A stretch of 11,679 nt of DNA. Source: Armatimonadota bacterium (GTDB taxonomy: Bacteria; Sysuimicrobiota; Sysuimicrobiia; Sysuimicrobiales; Humicultoraceae). Positions 8,601 to 11,679 of the stretch are shown here, piece by piece (position 1 is the stretch's first letter; each line of letters opens with the position of its first letter). The notes under the pieces are model-generated. The model worked only from the letters and a program-made list of their open reading frames with translations, ran no database searches and was not told the origin of the DNA. The position numbers and the translations under genes were made by a program. Where the stretch lies: the NCBI GenBank assembly GCA_037443365.1, contig JBBIOM010000049.1, forward strand, positions 1-11,679, written 5' to 3'.

Positions 8601-9911
8601 CTAGCGCGCCCCCAGGATCGAGTTCACGCGCGCGTGCGCGTCCGCCAGCGCCCGATCAGGGGTCTTCGCTCCGGTCATCGCCTCCTGGAGCGCCGTCGCG
8701 AACGCGTCGAAGATCTCGGGCCACTCCTTGATCAGCGGCTCCAGGCGGGCGTGCTTCGTCTGCTCCCAGATGACGCGGGAGAACTTGTCGGTCTTCACCA
8801 TTGGGAGCGAGTTCACGTCCTTGCGGGACGAGATCACGCGGTTGTCGTAGAAGAACTTCTTCTCGATCTCCTTGCTGCCCAGGAACTTGATGAACCTCCA
8901 GGAGGCTTCGGGGTGCCGCGTGTGCGGGCTCATCAGCCATCCCGAGAGCCAGGCGGCGGTGATCTGCTTCTTGCCCACCGGCATAGGCGCCGCCTCCAGC
9001 GTCTCGGCCGCGTTCAGGCCCGGGTTGATGGCGTTGATGATTGGGTAGGACCAGCCGGAGCCAACCTTCATCGCGACGCGGCGGTGAGCCATCTGCGTCC
9101 GCACATCGCCAGGCCCGAAGGTCGTGACGCCGGGAGGCACCACCTTGTGAACGGTGACCAGCTCGATGATGTAGTTGAACGCCTCGCGGAACTCCCGCGT
9201 GTCCATGGCGGAGCGGCGGTTGTCCGGGGTCAGGAAGTCGGCGCCGAAGCTCCAGACGACCGGCATTATGCGCAGCGGAAGGCCGGGGCCCTTCGCCGCC
9301 GGTATGCTGAAGCCCCACTGGTCGATTCGCCCGTCGCCGTCGGTATCGCGCGTCAGGCGCTTGGTGTAGTCGAGGAACTCTGCCCAGTTCTTAGGCGGCT
9401 TGTTGGGGTCGAGCCCGGCGGCCTTGAACATCTCGCGGTTGTAGACGATCACCATGGACATGTAGTCCTGGGGAAGCGCCATCAGGCGGCCCTTGTGGGT
9501 CATTACCTTGATGGCGGCGGGATCCCAGGCATCGATGAAGCCGGGCCTCTCCTTCTGTACGAACGGCGTCAGGTCCGCGGCGCAGCCCAGCTCGAAGAAC
9601 ATCGTGAGCGAGAAGTTGTGGAGCTTGACGACGTCGGGCATCCTGCGGGCCGCGCACTCGGCCTGATAGCGCGGCTCCTTCTCGCCGTATGAGATCGGCT
9701 CAGGGGTGACCCTGATGCCGGGGTTCTGGCTCTCGAAGATGTTGATCGCCTCGCGGAGCGACTTACCCCAGACGGTCTCGACCAGGTGCCAGTTGGAGAA
9801 GCGCAGGGTGACAACATCCTGCGAGCGTGCGGGCGCCAGGTAGGAGGCCGCCAGCACGATGACCATCAGCGCGCCAAACGTTGCGGCCGTGCGTGCGCGC
9901 GTCGTGCGCAT
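8601..9911 (-). CDS. Sugar ABC transporter substrate-binding protein (SBP family 1, CUT1)
   Basis: Sec-type signal peptide (MRTTRAR-hydrophobic core-APARS|QD), MPDV, ALPQD...VYNREMFKAAGLDPNKPPKNWAEF and C-terminal KTPDRALADA. ATG 9911 lies 6 nt after a strong GGAGGTGA. Confidence 0.93.
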   Translation of the reverse strand: MRTTRARTAATFGALMVIVLAASYLAPARSQDVVTLRFSNWHLVETVWGKSLREAINIFESQNPGIRVTPEPISYGEKEPRYQAECAARRMPDVVKLHNFSLTMFFELGCAADLTPFVQKERPGFIDAWDPAAIKVMTHKGRLMALPQDYMSMVIVYNREMFKAAGLDPNKPPKNWAEFLDYTKRLTRDTDGDGRIDQWGFSIPAAKGPGLPLRIMPVVWSFGADFLTPDNRRSAMDTREFREAFNYIIELVTVHKVVPPGVTTFGPGDVRTQMAHRRVAMKVGSGWSYPIINAINPGLNAAETLEAAPMPVGKKQITAAWLSGWLMSPHTRHPEASWRFIKFLGSKEIEKKFFYDNRVISSRKDVNSLPMVKTDKFSRVIWEQTKHARLEPLIKEWPEIFDAFATALQEAMTGAKTPDRALADAHARVNSILGAR

Positions 9912-10002
9912 ACCCAATCACCTCCAGATTGAGCTTCGATCCATGCAGGCCTCGCCGTTGCCCACGAACCAGCCGTAGTGCCGTACCTGCCCTGGTCCGC
10001 TG

Positions 10003-10019
10003 TGTCCGCGATACGGACA
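10003..10019. promoter_or_regulatory. Putative IclR-family operator, TGTCCG-N5-CGGACA
   Basis: Perfect 6+6 palindrome about 90 nt upstream of the SBP start. It fits the GTNCG-N5/6-CGNAC type of IclR-family site, and an IclR gene lies in the same operon. Confidence 0.65.
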
Positions 10020-10032
10020 TTGTGTTCCCATC

Positions 10033-10038
10033 ATGATA
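10033..10038 (-). promoter_or_regulatory. Possible -10 element (TATCAT) of the catabolic operon promoter
   Basis: Minus strand reads TATCAT, 13 nt upstream of the palindrome, in a locally AT-richer patch. No convincing -35. Confidence 0.3.
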
Positions 10039-10120
10039 CTGGCGCTGCTAGTTTCTACGGCCCCTGTCGTCCTCCTGCCTGCCCGAACGCATCAACCACA
10101 ACACGGCCGATTCTGATCCC

Positions 10121-10149
10121 TTCCACCTGAATAGATGATGTGCTACGCT
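10121..10149 (+). promoter_or_regulatory. Putative sigma70-type promoter of tRNA-Ser (extended -10)
   Basis: TTCCAC-N17-TACGCT with TG at 10141-10142 (TGnTACGCT), 20 nt before the tRNA 5' end. Confidence 0.45.
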
Positions 10150-10169
10150 TCGAACGTAACGCGTTCCGC

Positions 10170-10264
10170 GGAGGAGTACGGTAGCCCGGTAACCGGCCCG
10201 CCTGCTAAGCGGGTGGACGGGTGATGAGCCCGTCTCGCGGGTTCGAATCCCGCCTCCTCCGCCA
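10170..10264 (+). tRNA. tRNA-Ser(GCT)
   Basis: Acceptor stem GGAGGAG/CTCCTCC, discriminator G, encoded CCA. D-stem CGGT/ACCG. Anticodon arm CCCGC-CTGCTAA-GCGGG. Long variable arm GACGGG/CCCGTC. T arm GCGGG-TTCGAAT-CCCGC. Confidence 0.96.
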
Positions 10265-10489
10265 GCGTTCCTTGCTTGCCGCTCACTTCGGTTCCAATGC
10301 AGGTCCGGGCACGGTTTCACCGGTGGCACCAGGTGCAGCCCAGATGAGGTCCCGGTCAACGCTCCACGAACTGCTCCGGCGCGATTCCAGCCAGCGATAC
10401 CCAGCGCGACCCTCAGGAGGATTCCGTCCAAGGTGCAGTTCGGCGAGGCCCCTGAAGCAGAGGGCACGCACCAGAGGGAGGAGACGCTC

Positions 10490-10879
10490 ATGCCTAGCAC
10501 GATAGTGCACTTCGAGATCTACGGCGACGAGCCGGAGAAACTCGCGGGCTTCTACAGAGAGGTGTTCGGGTGGAAGATCGACAAGTCGCCCGAGATGGAC
10601 TACTGGATGGTGTACACCGTCCCCTCCGACGAGAGGGGGATGCCGACACAGCCCGGCGTCAACGGGGGCATGATGAAGCGGCCTACGCCCGATGCCCGCG
10701 CCTGGCTGAACTACGTCTCCGTGGAGTCGATCGACGCGACCGCTGAGCAGGTGAGCGCGCTGGGCGGCCAGGTCCTGAGGCCGAAGTCTCCTGTTCCCAA
10801 GATGGGCTGGTTCTGCGTGCTGGCCGATCCACAGATGAACGTCTTCGCGCTCTGGCAGGACGATCCGAACGCGGGGTGA
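10490..10879 (+). CDS. VOC family protein (glyoxalase/bleomycin-resistance-like)
   Basis: Motifs IVHFEI, FYREVFGW, NGGMM, NYVSVESID and GWFCVLADPQMNVFALWQ. ATG 10490 follows GGAGG. 129 aa. Confidence 0.9.
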   Translation: MPSTIVHFEIYGDEPEKLAGFYREVFGWKIDKSPEMDYWMVYTVPSDERGMPTQPGVNGGMMKRPTPDARAWLNYVSVESIDATAEQVSALGGQVLRPKSPVPKMGWFCVLADPQMNVFALWQDDPNAG

Positions 10880-10890
10880 AGGAGGACGCC

Positions 10891-11493
10891 ATGAACGCCA
10901 AGGAGACCGCGATCGTCTTCATCGAGTTCCAGAACGACTTCTGCAAGCCGGGCGGAGGCCTGTATGAAGCGGTGAAGGATCAGATCGCCGCGCAGAACAC
11001 CATCGCCAACGCCCAGGACTGCATCAAGAAGGCGCGGGGCAGGTGCCTGACGCTGCTTGTCCCCATCCTGTTCGAGCAGGACTACTGCGACGCCGGGTGC
11101 GAGGGCGTGCTCGGCCCGATCCACGTCAACGCGATGAACGCCAAGGCCTTCCGAAAGGGCACCTGGGGCGGAGAGATAATCGAGGAGCTGACTCCCACGA
11201 AGCCGGATGTCGTCGTCGATGGCAAGCGCACCCTGGACGCCTTCCACTCCAGCAACCTCGACTTCCTGCTGCGGGTCAACTGCATCAAGAACGTCGCCTT
11301 CTGCGGCTTCCTGACCAACGTCTGCGTGGAGGGAACGGCCCGATCCGCCTACGACAAGGGCTATAAGGTCTTCCTTCTGAAGGACTGCTGCGCCGCGATC
11401 ACGGCCGAGGAGCAGAAGTACGTCGAGGAGAAGTTCTTCCCGTACATCGGGGAGGTCCTGACCCATAACGAGTTCCTGAACAGGCTGGAGTAG
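10891..11493 (+). CDS. Isochorismatase-like cysteine hydrolase
   Basis: Motifs IEFQNDF, GTWGGEII, GKRTLDAF, GFLTNVCVEGTARSAYDKGY and DCCAA. ATG 10891 follows AAGGAGG. 200 aa. Confidence 0.92.
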   Translation: MNAKETAIVFIEFQNDFCKPGGGLYEAVKDQIAAQNTIANAQDCIKKARGRCLTLLVPILFEQDYCDAGCEGVLGPIHVNAMNAKAFRKGTWGGEIIEELTPTKPDVVVDGKRTLDAFHSSNLDFLLRVNCIKNVAFCGFLTNVCVEGTARSAYDKGYKVFLLKDCCAAITAEEQKYVEEKFFPYIGEVLTHNEFLNRLE

Positions 11494-11551
11494 TCCCGCG
11501 GTGGCGGGCATGCGGGTAGTGAGCCACTCTGTGGCGATCCCGCGGGATACC

Positions 11552-11560
11552 TGCTAGAAT
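11552..11560 (+). promoter_or_regulatory. Putative extended -10 promoter of tRNA-Arg
   Basis: TG-C-TAGAAT, 43 nt upstream of the tRNA; same TGCTA start as the tRNA-Ser promoter candidate. Confidence 0.55.
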
Positions 11561-11564
11561 ACTC

Positions 11565-11591
11565 CCACCGGCCGCCGGCGCCCGCCGGTGG
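11565..11591. repeat. Stem-loop in the putative pre-tRNA-Arg leader
   Basis: CCACCGGC (11565-11572) pairs with GCCGGTGG (11584-11591); 11-nt loop. Confidence 0.5.
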
Positions 11592-11603
11592 CCGGATTGA
11601 CGC

Positions 11604-11679
11604 GCGCCCGTAGCTCAGTGGATAGAGCGTTGGCCTGCGGAGCCAAAGGTCGTGGGTTCAAGTCCCGCCGGGCGCGCCA
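11604..11679 (+). tRNA. tRNA-Arg(GCG)
   Basis: Acceptor stem GCGCCCG/CGGGCGC, discriminator G, CCA. D arm GCTC-AGTGGATA-GAGC with the A20 Arg identity element. Anticodon arm TTGGC-CTGCGGA-GCCAA, anticodon GCG at 11637-11639. T arm GTGGG-TTCAAGT-CCCGC. Confidence 0.95.

Noticed and set aside
8241..9692. Long antisense ORFs (483 aa here; also 992-2137, 2962-3951, 6534-7550 and 10711-11511)
   Set aside because: They lie opposite well-supported genes and have no recognisable motifs. Stop-poor antisense frames are expected in high-GC coding DNA.
10170..10264. Possible amber-suppressor (CTA), Sec or Pyl tRNA, given the CTA in the loop and the long variable arm
   Set aside because: The 7-nt loop CTGCTAA centres on GCT. 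A 7-bp acceptor stem, G73 and long variable arm are normal for tRNA-Ser.
10381..10416. Mini CRISPR-like array
   Set aside because: The units are only 10-11 nt, degenerate and have no spacers. No cas genes are present.
10265..10489. Known riboswitch (glycine, SAM, cobalamin, guanidine) or 6S/SRP/tmRNA in the spacer
   Set aside because: I could not find the conserved cores of these families by eye. The region is kept only as an unassigned structured-leader candidate.
10048..10510. ORFs 10048-10500 (-), 10221-10505 (+) and 10283-10510 (-)
   Set aside because: The first two overlap tRNA-Ser, all three overlap the VOC start, and none has protein-like motifs.
10250..11603. Active integrative element or prophage at tRNA-Ser
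   Set aside because: No integrase or transposase, and no attR-like duplicate of the tRNA 3' end was found.

Overview
A high-GC bacterial chromosomal region with three blocks. (1) Positions 1-1975 (+) hold the 3' end of a TRAP-type fused permease, a DUF1844 protein and an M20 metallohydrolase. (2) Positions 1972-9911 (-) hold an 8-gene carbohydrate uptake/catabolism operon: SBP, two CUT1 ABC permeases, Zn-dependent dehydrogenase, SDR, Ldh_2 oxidoreductase, IclR regulator and PfkB/KdgK-like kinase. It has no ATPase and is preceded by a perfect TGTCCG-N5-CGGACA palindrome, a likely IclR operator. (3) Positions 10170-11679 (+) hold tRNA-Ser(GCT), a 225-nt spacer with structure potential, a VOC-family gene, a Cys-rich isochorismatase-like hydrolase with an apparent E-K-C triad, and a tRNA-Arg with the uncommon GCG anticodon. 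I saw no mobile element, CRISPR array or defence system. The best leads are the unassigned three-oxidoreductase-plus-kinase pathway with its operator, the tRNA-Arg(GCG), and the two-gene cassette separating the tRNA-Ser/tRNA-Arg pair. All family calls come from motif recognition by eye, not database searches.
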